Assembly (NCBI GenBank): GCA_029953675.1
Contig: JAMWBK010000002.1
Span: 744,001-808,000, forward strand
DNA: 64,000 nt
Direction of reading: 5' to 3'
DNA from: Rhodosorus marinus CCMP1338
Lineage: Eukaryota > Plantae > Rhodophyta
Shown in pieces: positions 25,341 to 36,525 of the stretch. A program made the position numbers and the translations under genes. Position 1 is the first letter of the stretch. Every line of letters starts with the position of its first letter. Below the pieces are notes generated by a model. It was not told the DNA's origin. It saw only the letters and a program-made list of their open reading frames with translations, and did not search any database.

Positions 25341-26032
25341 ATGAGGAGGTGGAATGGGGCTAGGGTAAGTTGGCGAATCGACTTTTCGTCATTTTTGGCA
25401 TATTTTGGAAGTGTGTGTGTGTTTGTAGTTTGTTGAATTTTAATTTTTTCCGGTCGGATTTTTTTTTGGGTGGGGGGCCGGGTGCGGGTGGGGGTGGGGG
25501 ATTGCGTATAGCTTTCAAGTTTGTGGGGTTTGACTCTTTTGGGGTTGACCAGCATAGAGGAGAGAAGCTGGAGGTTTTTACGAAGCCCGTTGAGGGAGGT
25601 TGGATGGATGATGAGGATCGTCCAGGTGAAACTGGGGAAGGGAACATGTCAATAATTACTGACAGCGGGAAATGTCCAGTGTGCGGACGAGGATTTCGAC
25701 GGAAGTGGAATCTGAAAACCCACATGAGGATACACACGGATGTGCTCCCGTACGCATGTGATGATCCTGGCTGCAAGAAAAGATTTAAATGGAGCTCCAG
25801 CTTGCAGTACCACAAACGTACTCACGATCATGGGACTCAAACCTCGCGTCCCACGCGCGTAATAGACAGAGACAACGACAGATCCCGTCAAACCGGGCGA
25901 GGACAAGGCCAATCCAATGACGGAAACGGCAAGGCCACGACTTCCCGCAACCCAATGAGCATAAATTTCCTGACCAACCGACCGCGCAATTCACATGAAG
26001 ATGAGGAGAGACAGAGGGGACCAGCTAACTGA
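25341..26032 (+). CDS. C2H2 zinc-finger transcription factor (two fingers)
   Basis: CPVCGRGFRRKWNLKTHMRIH, linker TDVLPYA, CDDPGCKKRFKWSSSLQYHKRTH. Probable exon 1 25341-25364 with phase-0 intron 25365-25552 (gtaagt..cag); alternative start ATG 25604. Confidence 0.88.
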
Positions 26033-26611
26033 ATCAAGGCCAATATAGCAGCTCGGAATTCGAGCTACACCTTACAACGTCAATGTTGAAAAGCCTGTGC
26101 ACGATGCACCATTGCTGCAGCCGGTTTTACACATCTAAGGGTACAACCATAGGACACGCGACGCTTGAGGCCAAGTGTTTAGGTCGTGGCTGGGTGTCAT
26201 CCAGAGGAAGGGGCTGTACTCATTTCCTGCCCACCGCTTGATGAGACTCGCTTGGTGGTTGCTCCTGTGGTCGACTAAGGAAGAACCGCTCATAAAGGAA
26301 GTGATTCTCCTGCGTTTAAATAGTCTGGATTCTCGCACAAGACCACCGAAAGACGGCAGGGGCGTCCGTGGTGCTCCGCGGCGGTACCAGTAGTTGATAG
26401 GTTAAGGAGGGATCTGAATACAACCAACAATTAGAAGAGGATGCTTATTATTTAATTGCCGGCCATGGACGCTATTCTTCCCTCCCGCTGTAAAGAAAAA
26501 AGTTGTAGTTTTAAGGCAAATGTTTGTTTTGACCCGAGTATTGTTGGCATGAGTAGTTGCGCTGAGACGATTCTCGCTTGACCATGGTTCCATTCTGTTC
26601 ATGAATGAATA

Positions 26612-28457
26612 TCACGCCACCTGCTCCTTGGGGTCGTCCGTATCAAGCTCCTGCTTCTTGGGGTCGTCCGTATCAAGCTCCTGCTCCTTGGGGTCGTCCG
26701 TATCAAGCTTCTGCTGCTTGGGGTCGTCCGTATCAAGCTCCTGCTCCTTCGGGTCGTCCGTATCAAGCTCCTGCTCCTTGGGTTTGTCTGTATCAAGCTT
26801 CTGGTGCATGCAGAGGACGTGCTTCTCGCTGCTCCGTATTTGCTCAGCCAACGCGAGGATTTCGGTCTTCAGGACAAGGTTAGGGACTCCCAAGTCTCCC
26901 AGCGAGTCTGGAACTTCGATATAGAACATTGCAAGCACAAGTATCGACGCGGACTCCTCCGGTGTCATATGTATAGATGTCAGCCAGTCGGGAAGATGTA
27001 GCTCTGTAAGTAAAGTCAAGATTGAAAAAACTTTGAGCAATCTTTGATCACGAATACTAAAGCAAATGAGGCAAGCACCGTACCCTCCTTAGACTCCAAT
27101 TTCACCACCGCCTTGTAGACCAGGCTCTCCCGAGTCTGCTTGCTGAGTTCTGAGAAAATCGACTGGATGCTCTCCGTATTGCGCTTCGAGCAACTGCAGG
27201 ATTCCTTGCACTTACCGTCTTTCTTAAAAAGGGGATTGGGAGAACCCTCGGAACCGCTTTCAGGGATTCGAACTGAAGGGTGCATCTTCTTGCAGCAACC
27301 TCCGGTGGGTCCAGGTGGTCTGCTATTGCTCCCGCCGTCAAATTCCGAGACCCGGTTAATCAACTCGCCGACGACAGTCGCGAGAGAGTCAACTCTTTCG
27401 TCTTCAGATAGGTCACTGGAGGAAGACCGTCCGCATGTGAATGGTTTGAATCAAGATGTATTGAGAAGTGAATCTTGCACCATGTACAGCAATGGACTGT
27501 GGAAAACGCTCACCTTGTCCGGATAGCCTCGAAGAGCTCGGGTGTTATTACTTTGCGAACCCCTTTCATGGTGAGGCCAATTGTTTCAAAGGAAAATCTT
27601 AGCCTGCAGGACAAGGGTATACTGCCTAGTAAAGACCTTGACATGTTAACGTATCCCCGTGGCCGCTTTGTGACTTTGTCGAGCGGCATCATTGACTCGT
27701 ACATCTGCGTGACGGTTGCCCAGAAAGGAGAATACTTAAATCTGGCCACGTCCAAGACAAGCACTGAGTCTGTAGCTCTGTGAAAACTATACAATAGTCA
27801 AGGAAAACAGTCAGCAAGCTAGGATCCGACTTCCCGGTTAAGGTCTGCTTCTTTATACAATGCCCTTACGCTGCGATTGGAGAAAAGTGCCCGGACCCGG
27901 TCTGACCGATGCTCTGCCTATCGAAGGATATGACAGTGAACCGACTACTCGTTGAACAAATCTCCTCAACATCTTGCCTAAACTTGTGCAGTTGTACATC
28001 TCGAACTACTGCTGCTGATGCCCCGTTGCACCGTGCAATACATGCGAAGTCGTCTATCGTTGTTCCGTTTGTCATAACATGCTCCAATGGCAGGCAGCAG
28101 TCCAAGAGCTCTTCTGAGAACCACCTCCACGGGCCTTTCCATATCTACAAAACGTTCCCACCCACAAAAGAAATCAGACCCGCTCCCGAATAGCCGTACG
28201 AGACGTTCTTCGGGCGGTTTCGAGTTCAGCAAACAACGTACCCGTTGCGGATCAATAGCCAAGGCATTGAGAACCACAGAGAGACTAGTCAGACCACAGT
28301 ACGCCGGTTCCGACTGGGTCTGAAACTGCTCAACAAGCGGGAAGAACGATTCCGCCGTCCCATCAGATACTGCTTCAACAAAACGCTTCCGGCCCTCTGC
28401 ACTGGAAAAGGCTACAAGAGAAGACGGCAGAGGTCTCCTGTAGAATGACTTTGGCAT
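26612..28457 (-). CDS. PCS: Phytochelatin synthase (glutathione gamma-glutamylcysteinyltransferase), eukaryotic type with C-terminal domain
   Basis: [11 protein letters not shown]...[21 protein letters not shown] (catalytic Cys), [26 protein letters not shown] (His), [10 protein letters not shown] (Asp). C-terminal exons contain [13 protein letters not shown] and [13 protein letters not shown]. Confidence 0.92.
26621..26800 (-). repeat. Coding 30-bp minisatellite, 6 copies, encoding ([10 protein letters not shown])n at the PCS C-terminus
   Basis: Unit ctgctccttggggtcgtccgtatcaagctc repeated head-to-tail with no spacers. Confidence 0.95.
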
Positions 28458-30814
28458 GTATAGAAACCCGTAATCAGAAAACCAGAGAGAATACACTTGC
28501 CCTTTGCCCCGTGCGTGTACACCCTCCCCTCCCGCAGCCGTTCCACACGTCCCCAAGGCCACATGTGCAAAGTCTGGAGAGCATGCGGGCGTACACTTAT
28601 TTGAGAAGGGGATCAGCGTTTGGCAAGACAATCATTCCTTGTGTGAATGTCATTTCCTCTGGTTAGTCAAGACTTTACAAGCCATGCGCTCCAGTGGAAC
28701 TGTGCCACCGTTTGCAAGCCCTAGATCGAGTGGATTGGTTGCAACTTCACGAGCATCCTCGCTACCCCTCGCGGGAAAGGGAGCGTTCGAGATGTCCTTG
28801 TTGAATATACAAGCTGTTGGGGTTTTGCAAGACGGCAAAAATATCAGTAATCCACTCGACAGTTGAGCGTTCCAGTTAAACAATGCTCCTCCCTTCTTCG
28901 TTTACGGCCCGTGGGGAAAAGATTCATGACATCCTTCACTTGGAACTATACACAGCGGAGCTGACGCCGCAGAGCCTTTCCTGGACTGCTCCTTGTTCGA
29001 ACAATGCATTCTACCAGAGAGCTTTGGTAGAGGGTAATCCTACGGCATCTCTGGTTGTGAAGCTACTCAATGACAAGTATGTTCACACATGGCCAAATCG
29101 ATATCAGAATCTGCTTGATCGCTTTTGTTTCACATCGTTTTGGAGATATTCTGGAGGGCCCTTTCTGCCTGGAAAGGTATTTGTTCTCATAGTACTGGAC
29201 GGAGTTATCTAGATCCTGTCCTGAGCCGCAAGGGTGCTCGAGCGCTAGCCTGAGTTTAAACCTAAACGCGTTCTCACGAGAGTGGGACTGTCACTGACGG
29301 GCCGGCTTCATACTTCGCCACACACTTGTGGGACTCCGTAACTCGGTTGTGTTAGTCACCGCAAGGTTGAGAACTAGGACCCTTCACAAATTGCAATGAC
29401 TGAAAAACTGGTTCTCCTTTGATCTGTGTACAGCTTATAAGGCTTCCACTCGTTCCTACTGCTTTACCTCAAGGACCGCTGTGATACGCTGATACTAGTT
29501 GCAATGGACGAGAGGGACTTCGAACCAGTCCACCCAAAAAAACTCAAAAAGTACACGAAGGACGTTCTAGGTGGCTTTCCCCCTAGCGAGCTAGGCTGCC
29601 TGTAATACCTGAGTGAGCGTCGTAGGTACTTTCCTCTCAGGCGTTGTCCTCACCGGTGAGGGTCTTTCTGTAGTCCTTAAAGCGCTGATGAGAAATTTCC
29701 TCAGTATTTTGCCTGAGACGAGTAGCGATTGATCAAGTCTGAAACATCCTTCGCGTGGTTAAAGCGAGTCCATTCTAAACAAGCACGTGAATTTTTCAAC
29801 CGCACCTTCAGCCAGGCGACTATGTCGGTGCCTTGCGCAAACTTGGTTTCACGACTCCCTTCGCTTTGCCTTGGGGTTGGGCACTGCGGTATCATGTCAG
29901 TCTTCACATTGTCCTCGTCCTAGAGTCTAACCCTGCCTACACTGAGCTGATCTGATAATGAAACATACCGACGAAGCGAAACGGTGAGAAAATTCAATTT
30001 CATCAAACTCCGCCAAGCTATGTGTGAACCTCTGTAATCCCGCATACAGGTAAGCCAGACTAACTAATGGGGCGTCAAGCTACAGCTTCTAGTTCCAGAC
30101 GTTGTTCGGACGAAAAGTAAGAAGCGCATCCGTCCTCCAAAGTTGATTCAATAATCGAAACCCACCCACATCCGCCTCTCCCAAGCCGTGAAGGTCATCA
30201 CGTTGTCACCCATTACGCCAATCAGAAACCTGTTAGTTTTTTTTAATTGGTCCGAAAATTCTCGTAGTCCTATTTAATTGGAACATATGATCTTCAGTCA
30301 CCCAGTCATATTGCACGAAAGAGCCACATCGTCAAAAAAGTTAAGCGAAAAATAATTCACGCACAGATATTTACACCACCGACCCACGTGGTATGTTTTA
30401 GGCACTCATCACCGAATCCATTCGATAAAATAACCAAAAAAAAAGTCAGCCTGCTGGACTGGGAACTGAATGATCCTAGTTTATTGTAGAAGGGGAACTT
30501 AAGATATAATGAATGGGATTATTTTATAGTCGATTAACCTGCTTATGGCGTTCGTAATTATGAAATTTCAGATTCTATAATTGTGTTTATGAGTTGGATT
30601 TTTCATAATTATGATCTCACGGTAACTCGACTGTGGTCCACTGAACCGACAGAACGAATGGACGGGGGGCTTTCAGGTCAACATAGCGTTTAGGAGAGAG
30701 CGTTGCGGGAGCGGGGAGGAAGGTAGGATCAGTAGGGTGGGAAGAGTTATCTTTTGTGCGTTCGAATGGAAAAGTGATTTTCGTTTGTTTGAAAAAGAAG
30801 GGGAGAACAACACG

Positions 30815-33800
30815 ATGTTTGGTTCGCCTACAATAACTTTGATCCTGAAAATCCATTACCGGGTGAAGGATGGAGGTCAGATGATCGCGTCGGGCGAGAG
30901 CGACGCGTTTGGCAAGAATGTAGTCAACAAGGCGGTGAAGATGAGGTCCAGGGACGGTGAGAATTGGGAAGCCAAGGTAAACGTTCCTGTCGGTGAGACG
31001 CTGCTCGTCTACAGATATGGGTACATCACTGGCAATAAATCAAGATTTGAGGCGATCCAGTCTTTAAGATCCGTTTCGCTGGAAGGGCTGAAGAAGGGCG
31101 ATACTGTGATAATGCGAGATACATGGAGGTCGCCAAAGTCCAATGTGTTTGTATCGGCCGCCTTTCGGGATGCTATTTTTACCGGTAGTCCAGAAGGAAC
31201 TAACAACCGAGGGAGGCAAGACTCTGCCCTAGGCGATAAATCAGCCGCGACCAGATGGAAGGAGCCCGAAAGAAATTCTGTAGCCGTCCGCTTCACTGTG
31301 GTAGTGCCAAGACTCACCTATGGACATTCCATACGCTTAACCGGAGAACATGAGAAGCTCGGGTGAGTGTGGGCCTTTGGAAATCCTGTTTGTTTTCGTA
31401 GAAGACTAGATCTTGCTCATGGACTCCTCCCTTTGTGGCTACCTTGTATCTTATGCACAGCAAATGGGACATGGAGAGTACTCTAGAATTGGTGAACCTT
31501 GGGCGAAACGTGTACTCCCTGATGATTGAGATTCCTGCAGATGAGCTCCCGTTCGAGTACAAATACTGCATCTTTGACAAGGAAGGCGAGTTTGTGTTTA
31601 GAGAGAGAGGTACGCAAGCAAACTACAGTTCAAGAGAGGAATCAGCCGGCTGCGGACTTGTTCCCGCTGACTCACTTGAGCATGTCGCAATGGCTTCGGC
31701 GGGTTGTCGTCGACGATAAATAGGCACTCCGCGGGAGTTGGAAGCCACTACGGACAACGTGAAATTCTTGTCCGTTGATGAGGGCTTCAAGTACGAAAAC
31801 GTCTGGAAAGGAGCTGGTGTGGCCGTCCCGGTCTTCTCGCTGCGCAGCTCCAGGTCAATGGGCATCGGGGAGTTTTTGGATCTCAAAGTCCTGGTGGACT
31901 GGGCAGCAAAGGTCAAAATGAGCTTGATCCAGGTATGGGAGAATCTTTGTTAGGAGGAGCTTTTTGAGCACAACGTCTCACGAGTCGTTTTTACTTCCCG
32001 ATTTCATAGGTTCTTCCCGTGAATGATACAGGGGATAACCCTTCTCCGTACAGCGCGACCTCTGTGTTTGCCCTGCACCCAGTTTACCTAAATGTGCAAG
32101 AAGTTGCTGCATATACGTTTGGTGGGGAGGACAGGGTTCCACATGAGATTAGGCAGGAGATAGAGGACGGCATATCGAGCTTCAACGGACTGGAAGAAAT
32201 CGATTATACTGGTGTCCTTGGGAAGAAGGACAAGATCCTGAATATGATCTTCTCAGCAGGGGGGAATAATATCCTGGCTGAGGCCGAATGCAAAGCATGG
32301 CAAGAAAGAAACTCGTCATGGTAGGTGGCCAATTTAACCCTTTCAGTGACATGCGGCCAATTCGGTAGCTCACTTTCTTCCCCCCTTTTCACTCGTTGAA
32401 GGCTACCTGGATACGCATGTTGGAAGTCGATCATGGCGAAAACCGGCGAGTGGGTGTTTACTCAATGGGAACACTCCGCCAAAGACGTGCCCCGTCTTAC
32501 CTCAAGGGAAAGCGAGTTCTACGACAGCGTTAGATATCACGTGTTTGTACAATACAACTTACACCTGCAGCTGTTGAATGCGTCCAACTACGCAAAGGCG
32601 TAAGACAAGTCAACAGACAAATGTCTTTTTTGATTAGGTTCTACTTTCCTTGCTGATCCTCTGGCGTCGCTCATTCACAGACACGGCGTGGCTCTCAAAG
32701 GAGACTTGCCCATCGGGGTTGCGCGTTATTGCGCAGATACTTGGATTGATACCGACATGTTCCGAATGGATTGGTCAGCTGGAGCTCCTACACATGGACC
32801 ACCGCCGGCGCAAAACTGGGATTTTCCGCTGTACAATTGGGATGTGATGAAGAAGGATGGCTTCCAATGGTGGAGGTACGTTTATAGTTTGAAATGATGT
32901 TTGTCTCTTTACTGGGCAAGGCTTCAGTTAGTTGATTGAATCGTTGTGTATAATCGTACGTCCGCAGGAGAAGGCTCGCGGCCATGGAGGAGTACTTTCA
33001 GGCTTTCAGAATTGACCACGTTCTAGGGTTCTTCAGGATATGGGCAATCCCAGCCCACAACTATTCTGGGCTCCTGGGAAGGTAAGCTTCGTCTCCTGAT
33101 GGGGGTTCTTCTCCCGACAGCCTGGTGGGTTTACCACTCAAATGCCACGTCTCCAATATTTCCCAATGCAGGTATGATCCATGTCCAAAACCGATTACGA
33201 AAAGGGAGCTTGCTTCCATTGGCATCAAGGGCCAACTGGATCGCTACACGAATCCCTATATCCATGAATCAGATGTGGCTAAGAAGTATGATGGCCACCC
33301 AACCATGATCAAGAGATGATTGGGGACCGTTGTCGACTGTACTAACCATGGCTTTGTTAACAGGTTTGGTGAAAGTGCCAAATTCGTGCAGGAAAATTTC
33401 CTCAATGAACTTAAAGATGAGAAGGAGCTCTACAACCTACGCGATGAAGTTAGCACACATGAGCAAATACACACGCTTATACACGACCCGAAGTATGATG
33501 ATATTCTTACCGAGGACCAGCGAGTTATGATCAGGACGGAGCTCTGCAACTTTGTAGACGACCGCCTACTTATTCAGGACGAACAGGATCCCGACAAGTT
33601 CTACCTGGTCTGTCATATGTTCCATACGGCTTCCTACAAGGCGCTGAAGGATGAAGTACGTAAATTTTTGTACCAGAGCGGGCGTCGAATACGCGTACTA
33701 ATCAGCATATGCTTCTTGTTACAACATAGGAACTCAAAACGAACCTGGACCGACTTTGGCACAACTTCTTCTGGGAGAGACAGAAGTGGGGAGAGGACGG

Positions 33801-34611
33801 CTATGAGAAGCTCGCCGCAATGCAGGACGCGGCCAACATGATGGTTTGCGGTGAGGACCTTGGAGCTGTTCCAAGTGAGGCGTATGAAGTGCTCGATGCA
33901 TTGGGCATCCTTGGGTAACTACGGCAGAGCCTTTTGACCAGGAGAGTTTGTTTTTCTCACTGCCCAGCTCTTCTCTTTGAACGACGGCGTAGCTTGCGGA
34001 TCCAGAGATGGCCGATCAAGGGCGAATGGGGGGAACCAGCTAAGTATTCGTACTTGTCCGTGGCTGCTCCGAGTTGCCACGATTGTTCTACTGTCCGACA
34101 GTGGTGGACAGAAGACCGAGGAGCGCGTCAACATTTCTACAGGAGTAGGCCTCGCAAAATTTGATATCAGCGCCTCATGCTCCTTGAGTGGCATTCAAGT
34201 CATCGGCTACTTTCTGACTTGTGCATGACTGCATTAGGTAACTTTGGTGGAGAGGCCCCTTGGGAATGCTACGACTGGGTTTCGCAGAAGATCGTTGAAC
34301 AGCATCTCAACTCCACTTCCATGTGGACTATTATACCTATTCAAGACTTCCTGGATATGTGGGATGAACTCCGCAGCCCGGATCCTCTTAAGGACATGAT
34401 AAACAGACCTGGTACCATGGTATGTACCCCCGTCTTTTTTGTTTGCGGTCGCGGCTGGCGACGGTGCTGAAGCAGCTTTTTTGAACTCCATCAGGACGGC
34501 AACTGGGTATACCGGATGCGCCTCCCGCTTGAGACTCTTTGCGAGAAAACCGCGTTCAACAAGTTTGTTGGAGACATGGTTGTCAGGACGAAGAGAGTGG
34601 ATTCCTATTAG
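30815..34611 (+). CDS. DPE2: 4-alpha-glucanotransferase DPE2 (GH77 with two N-terminal CBM20-type modules), multi-exon
   Basis: CBM20-like YRYGYI and FEYKYCI segments; WKGAGVAVPVFSLRS, IQVLPVNDTG, SPYSATSVFALHPVYL, LKGDLPIGV, QNWDFPLYNW, FRIDHVLGFFRIW, CGEDLG, SCHDCSTVRQWW; last exon DGNWVYRM...VDSY*. Confidence 0.93.
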
Positions 34612-34875
34612 CGGAAGAGCACAAAGTTAGTGTTCGCGTTCACAGGATGCGTTCCAGACAAAGCACAAGTGCGTTGGCGGGAAATCTGGCGTTTCTGCGT
34701 TCAACCTCTATTACTACCTCCAAACCCTACCTTCCAAGCATGTTCTAGTTTCTACGTGCTGCTTGCCCATTTCAAACCGCGAGCGCCTTTCTAATAGGCC
34801 CGAACGCGGCTGCGGGCAATTGACACATTAAAAAAGCTGAAACCACGCGCAACTCCGAAAGCCAACTTCCCTGAG

Positions 34876-34971
34876 CTATCAAGGCGAAGTCTATCTTAGT
34901 CCATGAGGACCCTAACAACTCTACTATCAAGGCGAAGTCTATATTAGTCCATGAGGACCCTAGCAACTCTA
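34876..34971. repeat. 48-bp tandem duplication (2 copies, 2 mismatches)
   Basis: ctatcaaggcgaagtctat(c/a)ttagtccatgaggacccta(a/g)caactcta twice. Confidence 0.9.
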
Positions 34972-36525
34972 CTACAGGCACCCAGCTTCTTAGGCCAGAC
35001 AAATCTTTGACTCCGCGTTAAGACGCAGAGTTACATCAAGTCAAAACGAAGCCCCGCAACAGAGAGCTCCACGAGTGGACTCCTCCTGTCCCACGCCACC
35101 TGAAATGTCCCGTGTCCCATGCGAAACAGATTGGGCGGGGAAAAAGTGACTTACGGCCAAACTCCACTCCCAAACTAAGTTCGGGTACAACACTAAAAAT
35201 TTCTGGAACCGCCGATCCAAGTTTGGCCACGGCCAAAAAAAGTCAATGACGCTTAAGAATAGATTTCTCAAGCTCCATGGTAGTACACAATAGAAAAGCA
35301 GTAAAATAAATATTCAGATCCGAATACATTCATATTAGAAACGCATGAATTATTTATCTGTCACATAAATCGAACCAATCTGAAACTGGAATTTTTTTGA
35401 CGGGGCCATTTTCAGCGGGGGGGGGGAGGGTGGTGTTGTTAAGATGATGGACCCTGTGAACTCACGTTCGCTACTTCCCCCTAAAACTCCGACTTTTTTT
35501 TTTCTGAAGGGGAAGCCGTATAGGATCTCGCTTTTGTGAACCGATTTGAAAGAGGAACTCAACCCTCCCCCCAACCTGCCAATCCTCCCATCCGAGCGCA
35601 ACTTCTCGAACTATGGTCGTCATGGTAGGGCAATGCCTCCGCCGTGCGCAGCTCCAGCTTGAATTTGGAGGATTAACGAGCTGCTACGCGGTTGAGCTTA
35701 ATGACGCAGACAAGTTTTAGCAATGACCTCTTGTCCGAGCTCAGATCTCGTTCGAACTTGTTCATCACTCATGCACGGGCCTTCATCAACCCCGAATCCG
35801 TCATACCCTCCAAAATCAACCATAAAACGGAGGTTATCTAAATTAAACATAAATACATGAAAATGATTCCTATAATTCAGTAATTTAAAGTAAATATAGA
35901 AAATATTCTATTATTTTCATTGAAAAAGGAACACTCGCTTTCCCAAAAAATACCTAAAACAGGATTTATTTTTTCTTCTAATGGAATATTTTACTTGTTT
36001 TAAAGCCTAATACCTCGAATTTTTATGACAAAAGAAAATTGGTTTTGGTAGGGGAGAAGAAGATTAGGAGGCCCGTCATAAGCACATTTAAAGGAGGAGT
36101 TTTGGTGCTTTGGAGAAGGGCGGGTGGAAGACTAGATGGCATGAAGTCTCTTGATTATGTGTATAAGAGACGTTCAGAATCCTTTTTTGTTTGTTCATAA
36201 TTGTGAATTTGTTGGTGGAGGACTTTGAAAGGTGGTAGCGTTCTTGTTGGTTATGTTTGCGTCGATTAGGACGGGGTTGGCGTGCGGAGGGGTTAGGGAG
36301 CTGGTGGTTTTTGTCGCGGGCAAATCTGTTTTTTTGGACTTGGCGCTGGCGTTAGCACGAGTACCGTAGAGTTTTTGAGGCTGTAGGGTTTCTGCTCTTG
36401 TAGCTTTTTAATTGAGGGTTTTGAGTAGGCTGAACGATTTTGAGAGGATTGTCTTGATGGACGAGTTTTGATGACTGTTGGTGTGTAGATTGTGAAACGG
36501 TAGTTCATTTTTCGGGGCATACTCA

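Noticed and set aside
26621-26800. CRISPR-like array (30-bp repeats)
   Set aside because: Units are contiguous with no spacers, lie in a eukaryotic coding exon, and there are no cas genes.
28883-29212. 109-aa ORF upstream of PCS
   Set aside because: No recognisable motif or splice support; compatible with a chance ORF.
29230-29400. Possible structured ncRNA or telomerase-template-like aaacctaaac
   Set aside because: Match is short and imperfect with no supporting promoter or conserved elements visible.
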